A stretch of DNA of 64,000 nt, taken from the NCBI GenBank assembly GCA_016182605.1, contig JACPGE010000074.1:1694-65693 (forward strand), given 5' to 3'. Shown piece after piece: positions 28,101-39,740 of the stretch. This DNA is from Candidatus Hydrogenedentota bacterium (GTDB taxonomy: Bacteria > Hydrogenedentota > Hydrogenedentia > Hydrogenedentales > JAEUWI01). A program made the position numbers and the translations under genes. How positions within the stretch are numbered: position 1 is the first letter of the stretch; the number at the start of each line of letters is the position of its first letter. The notes under the pieces were generated by a model. It was not told the DNA's origin, searched no databases, and worked only from the letters and a program-made list of their open reading frames with translations.

Positions 28101-29549
28101 ATGGATCCCATCCTCGAACAACGGCTTCACATTAACCGCAGGCAGTTCTTTGGCAAGTGCGCGACGGGCATCGGCACGGCGGCGCTCGCGTCGCTGGTCA
28201 GCCCGGATCTGTTTGCGTCCATGTCCGACCCGATGGCGCCGCGCGCGCCCCACTTTGCCCCCAAGGCCAAGCGGGTCATCTACCTCTTTCAATCCGGGGC
28301 GCCCTCGCAACTCGATCTTTTCGACTACAAGCCGCAGATGGCCAAGATGTTCGATCAGGATCTCCCGGATTCCATCCGCATGGGCCAGCGCCTTACCGGC
28401 ATGACCTCCGGCCAGACCCGCTTTCCCGTGGCGCCTTCCATCTTCAAGTTCCAGCAATACGGCCAGGGCGGCGCGTGGATCTCTGAAGTGCTGCCGCACC
28501 TTTCAAGCATTGCCGACGAACTGTGCATCATCAAGACCATGCACACGGAAGCGATTAACCACGACCCTGCCATGACCTTTTTCCAGACAGGCTTCCAGAT
28601 CGCGGGCCGCCCCAGCATGGGCGCCTGGGTCTCCTACGGTCTCGGCTCCGCCAACCAGGATCTGCCTGCCTTTGTTGCCCTCAGCTCCCGCGGCAGCGGC
28701 CGGCCCAGTTGCCAGCCCCTTTACGACCGGCTCTGGGGCAGTGGCTTCCTGCCCACGGTGTATTCTGGCGTCAAATTCCGCGGCGAAGGCGATCCGGTCT
28801 TGTATCTTTCGGATCCGCCCGGGGTCGACAAGACGCTGCGCCGGAAGATGCTCGACGATATTGCGGCGATCAACCATCAGACCCACTCGGAATACCAGGA
28901 TCCTGAAATCGTCACGCGCATCGAGCAATATGAACTTGCCTACCGGATGCAATCGTCCGTTCCGGAGCTCACCGATCTCTCCAATGAGTCCGATGCGACA
29001 TTCGAGCAGTACGGCCCCGAGTCCCGCACGCGCGGCACCTATGCGGCGAACTGTCTCCTGGCGCGCCGCCTTGCCGAACGCGGCGTGCGTTTCATCCAGC
29101 TTTACCATATGGGCTGGGATCAACACACCACGCTGCCCAAAGAATTGCCCGGTCAGGCCCGCGACGTCGACCAGCCGACGGCGGCGCTCATACTCGACTT
29201 GAAGCAGCGCGGCATGCTGGAGGACACCCTGATCATCTGGGGTGGCGAATTTGGCCGCACGATTTACAGCCAGGGCGCGCTGACGGCCACCGACTACGGC
29301 CGTGACCACCACCCGAAAAACTTCACCATTTTCATGGCGGGCGGCGGGGTGAAGCCCGGCCTCGTCCACGGCGAAACTGACGACTTCTCTTACAACATCG
29401 TCAAGGACCCGGTCGATGTGTTCGATCTTCAGGCCACGATCCTCAACCAATTGGGCCTCGATCACGAGCGCCTCAACTTCAAGTACCAGGGCCGCTATTT
29501 CCGGCTCACGGACGTGCACGGGAAGGTGAAGCACGAGTTGCTGGCGTAG
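28101..29549 (+). CDS. DUF1501 (sulfatase-like) Tat-exported protein, partner of the PSCyt/DUF1553 protein
   Basis: Twin-arginine signal [21 protein letters not shown]. Conserved with the paralogs at 30977-32428 and 50518-51969. Confidence 0.85.
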   Translation: MDPILEQRLHINRRQFFGKCATGIGTAALASLVSPDLFASMSDPMAPRAPHFAPKAKRVIYLFQSGAPSQLDLFDYKPQMAKMFDQDLPDSIRMGQRLTGMTSGQTRFPVAPSIFKFQQYGQGGAWISEVLPHLSSIADELCIIKTMHTEAINHDPAMTFFQTGFQIAGRPSMGAWVSYGLGSANQDLPAFVALSSRGSGRPSCQPLYDRLWGSGFLPTVYSGVKFRGEGDPVLYLSDPPGVDKTLRRKMLDDIAAINHQTHSEYQDPEIVTRIEQYELAYRMQSSVPELTDLSNESDATFEQYGPESRTRGTYAANCLLARRLAERGVRFIQLYHMGWDQHTTLPKELPGQARDVDQPTAALILDLKQRGMLEDTLIIWGGEFGRTIYSQGALTATDYGRDHHPKNFTIFMAGGGVKPGLVHGETDDFSYNIVKDPVDVFDLQATILNQLGLDHERLNFKYQGRYFRLTDVHGKVKHELLA

Positions 29550-29737
29550 GGGCGCCTGCTGTTGTACCTAAACTCGCAATGCATGAGGCCACGTGGGTCC
29601 GGCCCACGCAGGACCGGCACATGCTGCCTGAACCCAATCTCTCCCAAAAGTACAGGACAGGCCAGGAAGTGTGCCGATGGTGACTTCCCAGCCTGTCTGA
29701 CGTGTTTCATCTCGTGCGCTGAGGTGGCGGGAGTTAA

Positions 29738-29913
29738 CCCGCATATTTCACCACTTCAAGGCTTCTTGGCAACGAGTTCGACTTGGAAGGTGGTGAAATA
29801 TGCTCAGCGTGACGATGGTGCTGGCGTTCACCGGGCAGGATAAATCACGGGCTGTCTGGCGATACCGCCGAGCATGTTACGGAACGAACGCGTGGAGCCC
29901 GTGATTTATCCGG
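29738..29913. repeat. MITE-like double-hairpin intergenic repeat, copy 2 (flanked by GTTAAC/GTTAAC)
   Basis: Hairpin 1 is CCCGCATATTTCACCAC...GGTGGTGAAATATGC. Hairpin 2 is GGATAAATCACGGGCT...AGCCCGTGATTTATCC. The termini form an imperfect TIR (CCCGcATAtttCAC / CCCGgATAaatCAC). It is flanked by a TTAA duplication-like sequence. Confidence 0.6.
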
Positions 29914-29918
29914 GTTAA

Positions 29919-30509
29919 CTACTTCGGCTCTGCCACCGGAACTTCGGCCGGTACTTCAGGCTTGGCTGCGGGTGCTTCAGGCTTGGCCGCGGGTGCTTCA
30001 GGCTTGGCGGCAGGAGCCTTGGGCTTGGCTGCGGGCGCCTTGATCAGCGCTGCAGTTTCCTTCCCCATACCCTTCATCATCGGACACTGCGCCCCGCCTT
30101 CGGTGTCCATTGGCATATGTTCCATCATGTGACCCATCATAGCATCACCCAGTTTGGCTTCACGCGCATCTGTGGCTGCCCGTTGCTCTACCATCAGGGT
30201 TATCACCGCGGCCATCAGTTCCATTTTCTTTCCTTCCGGCGCGCTATTCATCTTGGCGAGTTGCTTGGCCAGTTCAACATCCTGGGCCTTTGCTTCTTGG
30301 GCCGCCTTCTGTTTCTGCTGCATCATCGATTGGCAGTGATTCATTTTCTTATCGTCTTTTTTCGCCTTCTCCACCACCTTCTGTTCGGCGGGCTCGGCAT
30401 CTTGTGCTTGAACGGGCGACCAGATGACCAAGGCCAAGGCCAGAACCAGGGCAAAGGTCACTGCGAGAATGGAACGGCTGGCGAGACTTGGATGCAATTC
30501 GTGTTTCAT
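29919..30509 (-). CDS. exported Met/His-rich protein with C-terminal PAAKPEA tandem repeats (possible periplasmic metal/copper-binding protein)
   Basis: Start refined to MKHELHP (ATG at 30509) with a signal peptide. MMGHMMEHMPMD and MMQQ motifs resemble Met-rich Cu(I)-binding motifs. The C-terminus has (PAAKPEA)n. Confidence 0.5.
   Translation of the reverse strand: MKHELHPSLASRSILAVTFALVLALALVIWSPVQAQDAEPAEQKVVEKAKKDDKKMNHCQSMMQQKQKAAQEAKAQDVELAKQLAKMNSAPEGKKMELMAAVITLMVEQRAATDAREAKLGDAMMGHMMEHMPMDTEGGAQCPMMKGMGKETAALIKAPAAKPKAPAAKPEAPAAKPEAPAAKPEVPAEVPVAEPK
29952..30035. repeat. four tandem 21-nt repeats (CTTCAGGCTTGGCTGCGGGTG-like) encoding the PAAKPEA repeats
   Basis: Direct visual tandem repetition within the 3' end of the Met-rich protein gene. 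Confidence 0.6.
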
Positions 30510-30976
30510 TTTTCTTCTCTCTTCACGTTTGGGTTTGTAGTTTGGGCCGGAGGCTTGGAACACCACCGGCAGTGAATGAAAACACAGGCGCGCCCTTGGT
30601 CTGGACCAAGGCGGGCACAGCCTGGAACTACTTCTGGACGAGCCTATTGCTGACATAGAACTGCTTGCCATCGCAATTTGCACACAAAGCTGGAGTTTCT
30701 ACTTGTTGGGGGACAGACCATGACAGCTTTCGCGCAGGTATCTGCCCTTCCACGTCCCAAGGATATCTGCACCGGGTGAAGTTCAGGCAAGGCTGCGGAT
30801 AAGGTTTGGCAAGTCTGGGATGGGGGTTATCGTGCAGGGAGATCGGTGCGGCTGCCACGCCCGATCAAGATACTCATGCCCCGGCGAGAAACGTGCAACG
30901 GCCCAAGAAAGGGGGGCGCAGCAAAGTCCCGGCTGAACCATATGGGCAGCCGGGTGGCAGGAAGAATGGAGTGCGA

Positions 30977-32428
30977 TTAGGCCAATAGCCCGGGAATGGG
31001 GTCGTGTTCCTCGACGCCGGTGAGGCGAAGGTTGAGCCCCTGGTAGGGCACGGACAACTGCCGGTGGTTGATGCCGAGGCAGTGGAGCATCGTGGCGTTA
31101 AGGTCGTTGACGTGGACCGGGTTCTCGACGATGTTGTAGCTGAAGTCGTCAGTCGTGCCGTAGACCTGGCCGGCCTTGATGCCGCCGCCCGCGAGCCAGA
31201 GGCTGAAGCAACGCGGGTGATGATCGCGGCCATAGGTGACGTCGGTCACCTTTCCCTGGGAATACACGGTGCGGCCAAACTCCCCACCCCAGACCACGAG
31301 CGTATCCTCCAGCAAGCCGCGCTGCTTGAGATCGGTAACGAGCGCGGCGCTGGCCTGGTCGGTATCGTAGCATTGCTTGGAGAGGTGGTCCGGCAGGTTG
31401 TCGTGATGGTCCCATCCCATGTGGTAGAGCTGTACAAAGCGCACGTCGCGTTCGGCCATCCTGCGCGCGAGCAGGCAGTTTCTTGCGAAGGTGCCGGGCC
31501 GGTGCACGTCGGGGCCGTACATGTCGAGGATGTGTTTGGGCTCGTCGGAGATGTCGGTGAGTTCGGGCACGGCGGTCTGCATGCGGAAGGCGAGTTCATA
31601 CTGGTCGATACGGGTGAGAATTTCCGGATCGCCCACGGCCTCGTGCTTCTCCTGGTTTAGCGCGCGGATCTGATCGAGCATGCTGCGGCGCGTTGTGGGG
31701 CTGCACCCGCCGGGGTTGGCGAGGTAGAGCACGGGCTCTTCCCCGCTCCGCAATTTCACGCCCTGGTAACGCCCCGGGAGCACGCCGCTCCCCCAGAGCC
31801 GATCGTAGAGGGGCTGGTCGGCCGCGCGTCCGCTGCCGCGGGAGATCATGACCATGAAGGTGGGGAGATCGTCGTTCGAGGAGCCGAGTCCATAGGCGAC
31901 CCAGGCGCCCATGCTGGGCCGGCCCGCAAGCTGGGAGCCGGTCTGACAGAAGGTAATGGCGGGGTCATGATTGATGGCTTCGGTGTACATGGTGCGCACG
32001 ATGCAGAGATCGTCCACGATGCCCGCGGTGTGGGGCAGAAGTTCCCCCATCCACGCGCCGCTTTGGCCATGCTGCGCGAATTTGAACTTGGAGGCGACCA
32101 CGGGAAACGTTGTCTGGCTGGCCGTCATGCCGGTAAGGCGCTGCCCCATGCGGATCTCGGCCGGGAGTTCCGTCATGTGGATTTTTTCCAGGCTGGGCTT
32201 GTAATCAAAGAGCTCTATCTGCGAAGGCGCACCGGATTGAAAGAGGTAGATGACGCGCTTGGCCTTCGGCTTATGGTTTGGAAAGGCCGCCGCGCCTGGG
32301 AGGGCGGCGTCCGCGCGGTTGGGAACCGTCATGCCATAGAGGCCCAAGGCTGCGGCGCCCAAGCCTCCGGCCGCGTTGCGCAGGAAGAAGCGGCGGTTCA
32401 TTTGCTGGGTAAGGTGTAACGGATCCAT
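30977..32428 (-). CDS. DUF1501 Tat-exported protein (paralog)
   Basis: [23 protein letters not shown] Tat signal. Collinear similarity to 28101-29549. Confidence 0.85.
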   Translation of the reverse strand: MDPLHLTQQMNRRFFLRNAAGGLGAAALGLYGMTVPNRADAALPGAAAFPNHKPKAKRVIYLFQSGAPSQIELFDYKPSLEKIHMTELPAEIRMGQRLTGMTASQTTFPVVASKFKFAQHGQSGAWMGELLPHTAGIVDDLCIVRTMYTEAINHDPAITFCQTGSQLAGRPSMGAWVAYGLGSSNDDLPTFMVMISRGSGRAADQPLYDRLWGSGVLPGRYQGVKLRSGEEPVLYLANPGGCSPTTRRSMLDQIRALNQEKHEAVGDPEILTRIDQYELAFRMQTAVPELTDISDEPKHILDMYGPDVHRPGTFARNCLLARRMAERDVRFVQLYHMGWDHHDNLPDHLSKQCYDTDQASAALVTDLKQRGLLEDTLVVWGGEFGRTVYSQGKVTDVTYGRDHHPRCFSLWLAGGGIKAGQVYGTTDDFSYNIVENPVHVNDLNATMLHCLGINHRQLSVPYQGLNLRLTGVEEHDPIPGLLA

Positions 32429-32448
32429 GGCTCTGTAATGCTCCGTGT

Positions 32449-35400
32449 TTACTCGATGGTAATGGCTTCGTCCAGATTCAGGATGACCCCGGCGATGGCC
32501 ATGTAGGCCGGCAATTCAACGGGATCCAGCTTCGTGTCCGCGGGCGCCTCGCCCTGGGCGGCAAACATGGCGGCGGCTTCCGGATCATTCGCATAGGTGC
32601 GCAGGTGATCCTGCAAACCGGTGGACAGGATTTGCCATTCGGTTTCGTTGGGGTAGCGGCCCGTCACAAGCCGGAATCCGTAGCGCACCCGTTCCATGGC
32701 ATCGCCCGGGGCCTCGCTCAGCATGCGTTCGGCCAGTTTGCGCGACGCTTCCACATAGGTGACGTCGTTGAGGAGCGCGAGCGCCTGCAACGGCGTGTTT
32801 GTGCGCGCGCGAAGCACACGGCAGATCTCCCAACTGGGCGCGTCGAAGGTGCTCAGGGTGGGATGCGGCACGGTGCGCTTGCGGTACGTGTACAGGCTGC
32901 GCCGGTAGAGGTCCTCGCCCTTGCTCTGCACATAGGGCCCCTCCCCCGCGCCACCAGCAAGTTCTTCCCAAAGTTTGTCGGGCTGATACGGTTTCACAGA
33001 GGGCCCGCCAATCCTTCGCGCCAGAAGGCCGCTCACCGCGAGGGCGTTGTCGCGAATGCTTTCGGCCGCCATGCGGAAGCGCGGACCGCGCGCATAGAGA
33101 TCGTTCTCTGGGTCACGCTCTGCAAGCACGGTGGACACGGCAGAGTCCTGTTGGTAGGTGGCGCTCATGACAATACGTTTCTGGAAGGCTTTCATATCCC
33201 AGCCCATGGCGATGAACTCCGTCGCCAAATAATCGAGCAGTTCGGGGTGGGACGGCGGATCGCTCTGGGTGCCGAAGTTGTCGGGCGCCTTGACGAGACC
33301 CTTTCCAAAAAACTGCAGCCAGAACCGGTTCACTGCAACCCGCGCCACCAGGGGGTTGGCGGGGTCCACCAGCCACTGTGCGAGCCCGAGCCGGTTCGCG
33401 GGCGCGCCTTCGGGCAGCGGTGGAAGAAAGGCGGGCACACCAGGGGAAAGCGTCTCGGTGGTGTCAGGCGCGTCGTAGAGGCCGCGTAGCAGGCGGTAAG
33501 TCGGACGCGGTTCGGGCAGTTCCTTCATCACCATTACGGTGGGAACTTCCTTTGCCGCATATTCGTTCCGCTCGTCTTCGATTTTTTTGACTGCGGCGAT
33601 CTCCGATGTGAGTTGATTGGTGCGCTCGGCCTCGAGGAAGGCTTCGAGGGATTCCTTCTTGTCCTCCGGCACGCCCGCGCCGTAGGTGGCGTCCAGAGCG
33701 GTGTCGCGAATCGATCGGATCTGCGGGGCATCGAGCACGCGCGAAAAATACTGGAAGTCGGCCACGGCGCCCTTGAAGAACGCGCTTTCGGAGAGGCGTC
33801 CCAGCAGGACGGGCGCCTCGGCATGAATGGATCCGGCAAGCGCGTCGGTTTCGGTCTTCAGGGGCGCCGCCGCGCCGCCAATGAAGATCTGCACGCCCTG
33901 GGCCTTGGCCGAACCGTCGTACGCAATGCACACGTGCGACCACGTGCCCATGCGCAGCCCCTTCTCGGCGATAACCTTGAGGGCATTTTCCGGCCAGGCG
34001 TGCACCAGACGCACCACCAGGGATCCATCGTCGCCCAGCAGGGCATCGACGCCGCGGAACTGCCGGGCATCGTCCATACGGCTGAAGATGGCGCCGGACG
34101 TTTCCGGACGCACCCAGAAGGAAATCGTGAAGGGCCGGTCTTTTTCGAAGTCAATCGCAGGGCCCAGATCCGCGTGGGACTCGGCGGTACCGTCGAGGTG
34201 GAGCGCGGGTCCGGTAAGGCCCTCTTGAAAGACGGGCCCTGTGGCGGCGGCATAGCGGACCGGGGATTGAATCTGTGCGGCGTATCCCGCCGTGGCGCTG
34301 GCGCGGAGGTGGCCACGGAGCGGCAGGCGCAGATCCGAATCGGGCGCCGGGGGCGCGGGCGCGGGATCTTCCCACACCATGAGTTGCTTGTCGAGTTCCG
34401 CGCGCTGCTTGCGCAGGCTGCGCCTGGCGTCTTTCAGGGCTTCGTCAAACTCCGCGAGACGGGCGGTGGTTTCCGGAGTTGCGATGGTAACGATGGGGCC
34501 CGCATTGCCCCGGGTTTCCTCGTAGAAGCCCTTGTCTTCGGTGCTGTTGAAGATTGCGAAGAACCGATAGAACTCTTTCTGGCTGATGGGATCGTATTTA
34601 TGGTCGTGGCAGCGGGCGCAGCCCATGGTGAGACCGAGAAAGACGGCCGAGGTCGATTCCACGCGATCGATGATGTTCTCGACACGCCACTCGTCTTCGA
34701 TCGAGCCGCCTTCGGTGTTGGAGCGGTTGTTCCGGTTGAAGCCCGAGCCGATGCGCTGGGCGTCAGTGGCGTCCGGCAGGAGATCGCCGGCAATCTGCTC
34801 GACGGTGAACCGATCGAAGGGCATATTGTTGTTGAAGGCCTGAATAACCCAATCGCGCCAGGGCCACATCTGGCGGTTGAAGTCGTTCTGAAAACCGTTC
34901 GTGTCGGCGTAGCGCGCGCCATCGAGCCATATGCGCGCCATGTTCTCGCCGTAGTGGGGCGAAGCTAGAATCCGATCCACGAGCCGCGCATAGGCATCTG
35001 GCGCGGTGTCCGCGAGAAAGGTGTCGATTTCCTCCGGCGTGGGCGGAAGACCGGTGAGATCGAGGCTGAGCCTGCGGATCAGGGTCTCGCGGGATGCGGG
35101 CTTCGCCGGAGAAAGGGCCTCGGCCTCGATTCGAGCGAGTACGAAATGGTCCAGTCCATCGCGCGGCCACTCCGGGTGCGATACCGCAGGTAACGCGGGT
35201 GCGGCGGGCGTCTCGAATGCCCAGTGCTGGGCCCAGGGCGCGCCGGCGGCGATCCAGGTGCGCAGCAGTTCCACTTCCTCAACAGTGAAGGGCTTGCGCC
35301 GGGCTTCGGCGGGGGGCATCTGCTCCTCTGGGTCGGTGGAGAGAATGCGCTTGAGCATCTCGCTCTCTTCCGGCTTGCCCGGCACGATGGCCTTGGCGAG

Positions 35401-35616
35401 GGCGGAGTCTTCCACGTCGAGCCGGAGTTCTGCCTTGCGCTGTTGACTGTCGGGACCGTGGCATTGGTAACAACGATCGGCGAGGATCGGCTGAATCTGC
35501 CGGGTAAAGTCGATGGCTTGCGGTTCCGCCGCCTGAACGGCGAGGGGCGTTAAACAGCCGATACCGGCCAGAATAAGCTGGGCACATCGCGGAGGTATTC
35601 GAAAGATCATGAGCAA
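32449..35616 (-). CDS. PSCyt-DUF1549-DUF1553 family protein (paralog)
   Basis: [14 protein letters not shown] motif. Conserved blocks (WDxxAxxYVxxAxxxAxxxL, [16 protein letters not shown]) are shared with the other two paralogs. Confidence 0.85.
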   Translation of the reverse strand: MLMIFRIPPRCAQLILAGIGCLTPLAVQAAEPQAIDFTRQIQPILADRCYQCHGPDSQQRKAELRLDVEDSALAKAIVPGKPEESEMLKRILSTDPEEQMPPAEARRKPFTVEEVELLRTWIAAGAPWAQHWAFETPAAPALPAVSHPEWPRDGLDHFVLARIEAEALSPAKPASRETLIRRLSLDLTGLPPTPEEIDTFLADTAPDAYARLVDRILASPHYGENMARIWLDGARYADTNGFQNDFNRQMWPWRDWVIQAFNNNMPFDRFTVEQIAGDLLPDATDAQRIGSGFNRNNRSNTEGGSIEDEWRVENIIDRVESTSAVFLGLTMGCARCHDHKYDPISQKEFYRFFAIFNSTEDKGFYEETRGNAGPIVTIATPETTARLAEFDEALKDARRSLRKQRAELDKQLMVWEDPAPAPPAPDSDLRLPLRGHLRASATAGYAAQIQSPVRYAAATGPVFQEGLTGPALHLDGTAESHADLGPAIDFEKDRPFTISFWVRPETSGAIFSRMDDARQFRGVDALLGDDGSLVVRLVHAWPENALKVIAEKGLRMGTWSHVCIAYDGSAKAQGVQIFIGGAAAPLKTETDALAGSIHAEAPVLLGRLSESAFFKGAVADFQYFSRVLDAPQIRSIRDTALDATYGAGVPEDKKESLEAFLEAERTNQLTSEIAAVKKIEDERNEYAAKEVPTVMVMKELPEPRPTYRLLRGLYDAPDTTETLSPGVPAFLPPLPEGAPANRLGLAQWLVDPANPLVARVAVNRFWLQFFGKGLVKAPDNFGTQSDPPSHPELLDYLATEFIAMGWDMKAFQKRIVMSATYQQDSAVSTVLAERDPENDLYARGPRFRMAAESIRDNALAVSGLLARRIGGPSVKPYQPDKLWEELAGGAGEGPYVQSKGEDLYRRSLYTYRKRTVPHPTLSTFDAPSWEICRVLRARTNTPLQALALLNDVTYVEASRKLAERMLSEAPGDAMERVRYGFRLVTGRYPNETEWQILSTGLQDHLRTYANDPEAAAMFAAQGEAPADTKLDPVELPAYMAIAGVILNLDEAITIE

Positions 35617-35784
35617 ACCCTAAAGTACGCAAGCTGGCTTCTGCGCTGGTACTATACTGCCTCTGGGCGTCACATTGAACCGTCATGGGGCCTCAGCCTC
35701 AGGCCGCACCGGTTTGACGCTGCACAAGCCGCCATGGTAACACGTGGCCGGTATTTTTTCATTTCGACAAAGGGAGTGTGCGCC

Positions 35785-36498
35785 ATGGATGAATCCGTAT
35801 CCATAAGGAGCCAGTTTAACGGCCCGCCCGGCTCGGGCAATGGGGGCTACGTCTGTGGATTGCTGGGCAAACACTTTGGAGACGCACCGGCGGAGGTCAC
35901 GCTGTTTGTGCCACCGCCGCTGGAAAGACCGCTCCGCCTGTTGCGGGACGGGGAACACCTTGCCCTGATGGACGGGGAGCAAAAGGTGGCCGAGGCGAAA
36001 CCCGCCGCGCTGCAGCTGGAGGCGCCGGGCCCGCCCACGCTCGCGGTGGCCGAAGAAGCGGTGCAACGCTACCGGGGCTTTCACACGCACAGTTTTCCTT
36101 CCTGTTTCGTCTGCGGCCCGGACCGTGCCGAGGGCGACGGGTTGCGCATCTTTTCGGGCTGGGTTCCGGGCAGTGACGTGCTGGCGGCTCCCTGGACGCC
36201 GGGCCTCCAATTCGCGCAGGCGGACGGCACCGTGGACCCGGCGATCTGCTGGGCCGCGCTGGACTGTCCCGGCGCCTTTGCGATCTATCACGCCACGGGT
36301 GACGCCGCGCCCACAATCGTGCTGGGCCGCATGACCGGGCGGGTGCTGGCCAGCGCGCGCGCGGGCGCACCGCACGTGGTGATCTCCTGGCCCCTCGGGC
36401 ATGAGGGGCGAAAACACCACGCGGGCACGGCCATCTACACGGAGGATCATCAGTTGCTGGCCTGCTCGCGCCAGACATGGATCACGATCAAGAGCTAA
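35785..36498 (+). CDS. hypothetical protein (possible hotdog/thioesterase-like fold)
   Basis: Start at MDESVS. The stop TAA is immediately abutted by the MITE copy 3 terminus. The family call is weak. Confidence 0.35.
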   Translation: MDESVSIRSQFNGPPGSGNGGYVCGLLGKHFGDAPAEVTLFVPPPLERPLRLLRDGEHLALMDGEQKVAEAKPAALQLEAPGPPTLAVAEEAVQRYRGFHTHSFPSCFVCGPDRAEGDGLRIFSGWVPGSDVLAAPWTPGLQFAQADGTVDPAICWAALDCPGAFAIYHATGDAAPTIVLGRMTGRVLASARAGAPHVVISWPLGHEGRKHHAGTAIYTEDHQLLACSRQTWITIKS

Positions 36499-36693
36499 CC
36501 CGCATATTCCGCCACATCAAGACTTTTTGGCAACAAGCTCCACTTGGAACGTGGTGAAATATGCGTAGCGCGACGATGGAGCTGGCGCTCGCCGGGCAGG
36601 CCAAATCACGGGCTGTCTGGCGGTAGCGCCCTGCATGATGTGGCAATTGCGGGTCCAAAAAGGAGTTAGGGAACAGACGCGCGGAGCCCGTGA
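36499..36693. repeat. MITE-like double-hairpin intergenic repeat, copy 3 (flanked by TAA/TAA)
   Basis: Same architecture and conserved termini as copies 1 and 2. TAA is present on both flanks (the left one is the stop codon of the upstream gene). Confidence 0.6.
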
Positions 36694-36775
36694 TTTATCC
36701 GGGTAAGCACAATACTGGGCTTGGGCGCCCGCGGAAAACTGTGGTGCGCCGGCTCTCCAGAAGAGTACAAACCGA

Positions 36776-38020
36776 ATGCCTTCTCACAGCGCGAATACAT
36801 GGATGCTGTTCCGTTTCTCTCTGTATGGATTTTTGAAGAACCAGCAGTATTACGAGCCGTTCTTTATACTGGCGCTCCAGGAGAAAGGCCTGAGTTTTTT
36901 CCAGATCGGCCTGCTCATCGCCATTCGCTCCGTCTGCACCAACGTGATGGAGTTGCCTTCGGGGGCGGCGGCGGACAGTTATGGGCGGCGCCTGTGCATG
37001 GGGGTGTGTTTTTCGGGCTACATCCTCTCCTTCCTCGTCTTCGGCGCTGGCGCCACGTTCTGGCACATGGCCCTGGCCATGGCGCTCTTTGCCATTGGCG
37101 AGGCCTTCCGCACCGGCACGCACAAGGCCATGATTTTTGACTGGCTGCGGGCGCAAGGCCGGGAATCGGAGCGCACCCGGATCTATGGGTATACCCGGAG
37201 CTGGTCGAAACTGGGATCCGCACTCTCTGCGATCGTCGCGGCGGGCCTCGTGCTCACGTTGCATCATTACAGCTACGTCTTCTGGCTGTGCGTGATTCCC
37301 TATGCGCTCAACATGATCAATGTGTTGACCTATCCCGCCGCGGTCGAGTGTACGCGCCCTGCCACCGGAGAAGGGGGCGCCCTGTCGACGTTGATGCACG
37401 CCCTGCGCGAGGGCTGGCACAACCGCAAACAGCGACGGCTCTTCCTGGAATCCATGGGCTTTGAGGGCATGTTTGAAATCGGAAAGGACTATCTTCAACC
37501 CGTTCTGAAGAGCGCCGCCCTGTCGCTTCCGGTGCTCCTCTATCTGGAGGACAAACAGCGCACGGCCATTCTCGTGGGCATCGTCTATACCGTGCTCTTT
37601 CTGCTGGCCAGCGCCGCGTCGCGCCAATCCCACCGGGTGGCCGCGCATTATGGCGGTGATGAGGATCGGGCAGCCCGCCTGCTCTGGCGCGTCGCCTTCC
37701 TGAGCTATCTCCTGCTGATTCCCAGCCTCTTCTGGAACTGGCATGTGTCCAGCATCGTGTTCTTCGTGGTTTTGTACGCCATTCAAAACCTGTGGCGGCC
37801 CGCGTTGATGGCGCGTCTGGATGAATGTTCCGACGCCTCGACGGGCGCCACCACGCTGTCGATCGAGTCGCAGGCGCAATCCCTCTTCACCATGGCCGGG
37901 GCCCCCTTGCTGGGTTATTGCGTGGATCGGGCGGGCCTGTGGCCGGTGGGGGTGCTGGGGGCCGCGCTGGCCCTCCTGGCGCTGCTCTCGCGGCGGCGCC
38001 TTAGCAGCGCAAGGCCATAG
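36776..38020 (+). CDS. MFS transporter
   Basis: 12 predicted hydrophobic helices. MFS-like motif GRRLCMGVCFSGYILSFLVFG after TM2. Confidence 0.75.
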   Translation: MPSHSANTWMLFRFSLYGFLKNQQYYEPFFILALQEKGLSFFQIGLLIAIRSVCTNVMELPSGAAADSYGRRLCMGVCFSGYILSFLVFGAGATFWHMALAMALFAIGEAFRTGTHKAMIFDWLRAQGRESERTRIYGYTRSWSKLGSALSAIVAAGLVLTLHHYSYVFWLCVIPYALNMINVLTYPAAVECTRPATGEGGALSTLMHALREGWHNRKQRRLFLESMGFEGMFEIGKDYLQPVLKSAALSLPVLLYLEDKQRTAILVGIVYTVLFLLASAASRQSHRVAAHYGGDEDRAARLLWRVAFLSYLLLIPSLFWNWHVSSIVFFVVLYAIQNLWRPALMARLDECSDASTGATTLSIESQAQSLFTMAGAPLLGYCVDRAGLWPVGVLGAALALLALLSRRRLSSARP

Positions 38021-38528
38021 CCACGCGTTTCGCCGGGTCCAGTCCGGAATCCGTTTCCCGTTCAAGGATGGCCCTTAAATGATCCTCCAATTCGTCCGGG
38101 GATACCTCCAGAAATCCGAGCCGCGCGTAAAAGGGGGCGTTCCAGGGGAGGTGACGAAAGGTGGTGAGGGTCACTGCGGAGAGTCCTGCTTCCCGGGCCC
38201 ATTGGATCACCGCCTGCACGAGCCGGGCGCCCAAGCCCTGCCGCCCATGTTCGGGCAAGACATCCACTTCACCGAGATGGGCGCAGGAACCCTGCTGTTC
38301 CGCGCAGGCGAAGCCCACCGCGGCGCCCCGCGCATCCAGCGCCACCCAAAGTGTGCCGTTGTTGCAAGCCGCCTCCAACGCGCCCGGGTCGGTGGTGCCC
38401 CAGCGCAGTTCCAGGGGAACATCTTCCTCCGGGAACAGCACGGTGGCGGCGCGCTCTATCCCGGCAAGCGCCGGAAGGTGCTCGGGCGTGGCGACTGCGA
38501 TTCTATAGGCGGACGGGACGGGGCTCAT
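38001..38528 (-). CDS. GNAT family N-acetyltransferase
   Basis: Start refined to MSPVPSAY (38528). Acetyl-CoA-binding motif RQGLGARLVQAVIQWAREAG and FYARLGF. Confidence 0.75.
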   Translation of the reverse strand: MSPVPSAYRIAVATPEHLPALAGIERAATVLFPEEDVPLELRWGTTDPGALEAACNNGTLWVALDARGAAVGFACAEQQGSCAHLGEVDVLPEHGRQGLGARLVQAVIQWAREAGLSAVTLTTFRHLPWNAPFYARLGFLEVSPDELEDHLRAILERETDSGLDPAKRVAMALRC

Positions 38529-38739
38529 GGCGGATTCCTGTAGCCAGTGGACTATATCGAATTGGGTCCGTATACTCAATGCCGCTGTGGGCAGCCTACT
38601 TGGGGAAGATCTACATGCGCTTTCGCCGGGCCATTGATTTTTCGACTGGAGTGTTCGCGGCTGTGCCCAGAGACACTGGCGGGCCCGGGGCCGTGTATGA
38701 ATCTGCAACGGGGTAATAAACAGAGCGGGAGATTCAAAG

Positions 38740-39717
38740 GTGATTAAGACACGCATTACCGAGTTCTTTGGAGTGGAGCATCCTGTCGTTCAGGGCGGCC
38801 TCATGTGGGTGGCCACAAGCCAGCTCACGGCTGCCGTCGCCAATGCGGGGGCCATGGGATTCATGACCGCGTTGAGCTTCGGAACGGCGGACCGCCTGCG
38901 GGAGGAGATTCGCAAGTGCCGGGATATGACGGACAAGCCCTTCGGAATTAACCTGACCTTCCTGCCCACGCTGACCCCGCCGGACTATCCCGGCTATATC
39001 CAGGTCTGCGTTGAAGAGGGCATCCGTTTCATCGAGACCGCGGGCAGGAACCCGGAGCCGTACATGCCCTACCTGAAAGAAGCGGGCATCAAGGTGATTC
39101 ACAAGTGCACCTCGGTGCGGCATGCGATCAAGGCGCAGAAAATCGGTTGCGACGCCGTGAGCATCGATGGTTTCGAATGCGCCGGGCATCCCGGAGAAGA
39201 CGACGTGACCTCGCTGATCTTGATTCCGCTCACGGCGGATGCGCTCACGATTCCCTTCGTGGCGTCGGGCGGATTTGGCGATGGCCGGGGCCTTGCCGGA
39301 GCATTGGCCCTGGGCGCGGACGGCATCAACATGGGCACGCGCTTCGTGGCGACGAAGGAAGCGCCGGTACACGGCAATGTGAAGCAGGCGCTGGTGGATC
39401 ACGACGAACTGAATACGCGCCTGATCATGCGCACGCTGCGCAACTCCGAGCGCGTATTGTTGAACGAGGCGGCGCAGAACGTGCTCGACATCGAGGCCGC
39501 GGGGAACGCGAGTATAGATGACATCCGGCACATCGTTTCCGGCAAGGTGGGTCTGGACATGATCCGCGAAGGCGACACCGAAAAGGGCGTGCTTTCAACG
39601 GGCCAGGTCATGGGGCTCATCCGCGATGTCCCCAGTGTTGCGGAACTCATTCACCGGATCGTGGGCGACGCGGAGTCGATCATCAAGCGCCGGCTGGCGG
39701 CAATGGCCCAGGCGTAG
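38740..39717 (+). CDS. nitronate monooxygenase / 2-nitropropane dioxygenase-like FMN-dependent oxidoreductase (FabK-like)
   Basis: HPVVQGGLMWVA...ANAGAMGFMTA, GFECAGH, and VASGGFGDGRGLAGALALGADGINMGTRF motifs. Confidence 0.85.
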   Translation: MIKTRITEFFGVEHPVVQGGLMWVATSQLTAAVANAGAMGFMTALSFGTADRLREEIRKCRDMTDKPFGINLTFLPTLTPPDYPGYIQVCVEEGIRFIETAGRNPEPYMPYLKEAGIKVIHKCTSVRHAIKAQKIGCDAVSIDGFECAGHPGEDDVTSLILIPLTADALTIPFVASGGFGDGRGLAGALALGADGINMGTRFVATKEAPVHGNVKQALVDHDELNTRLIMRTLRNSERVLLNEAAQNVLDIEAAGNASIDDIRHIVSGKVGLDMIREGDTEKGVLSTGQVMGLIRDVPSVAELIHRIVGDAESIIKRRLAAMAQA

Positions 39718-39740
39718 GGCGGCGCGGCATCCCGGGAATG

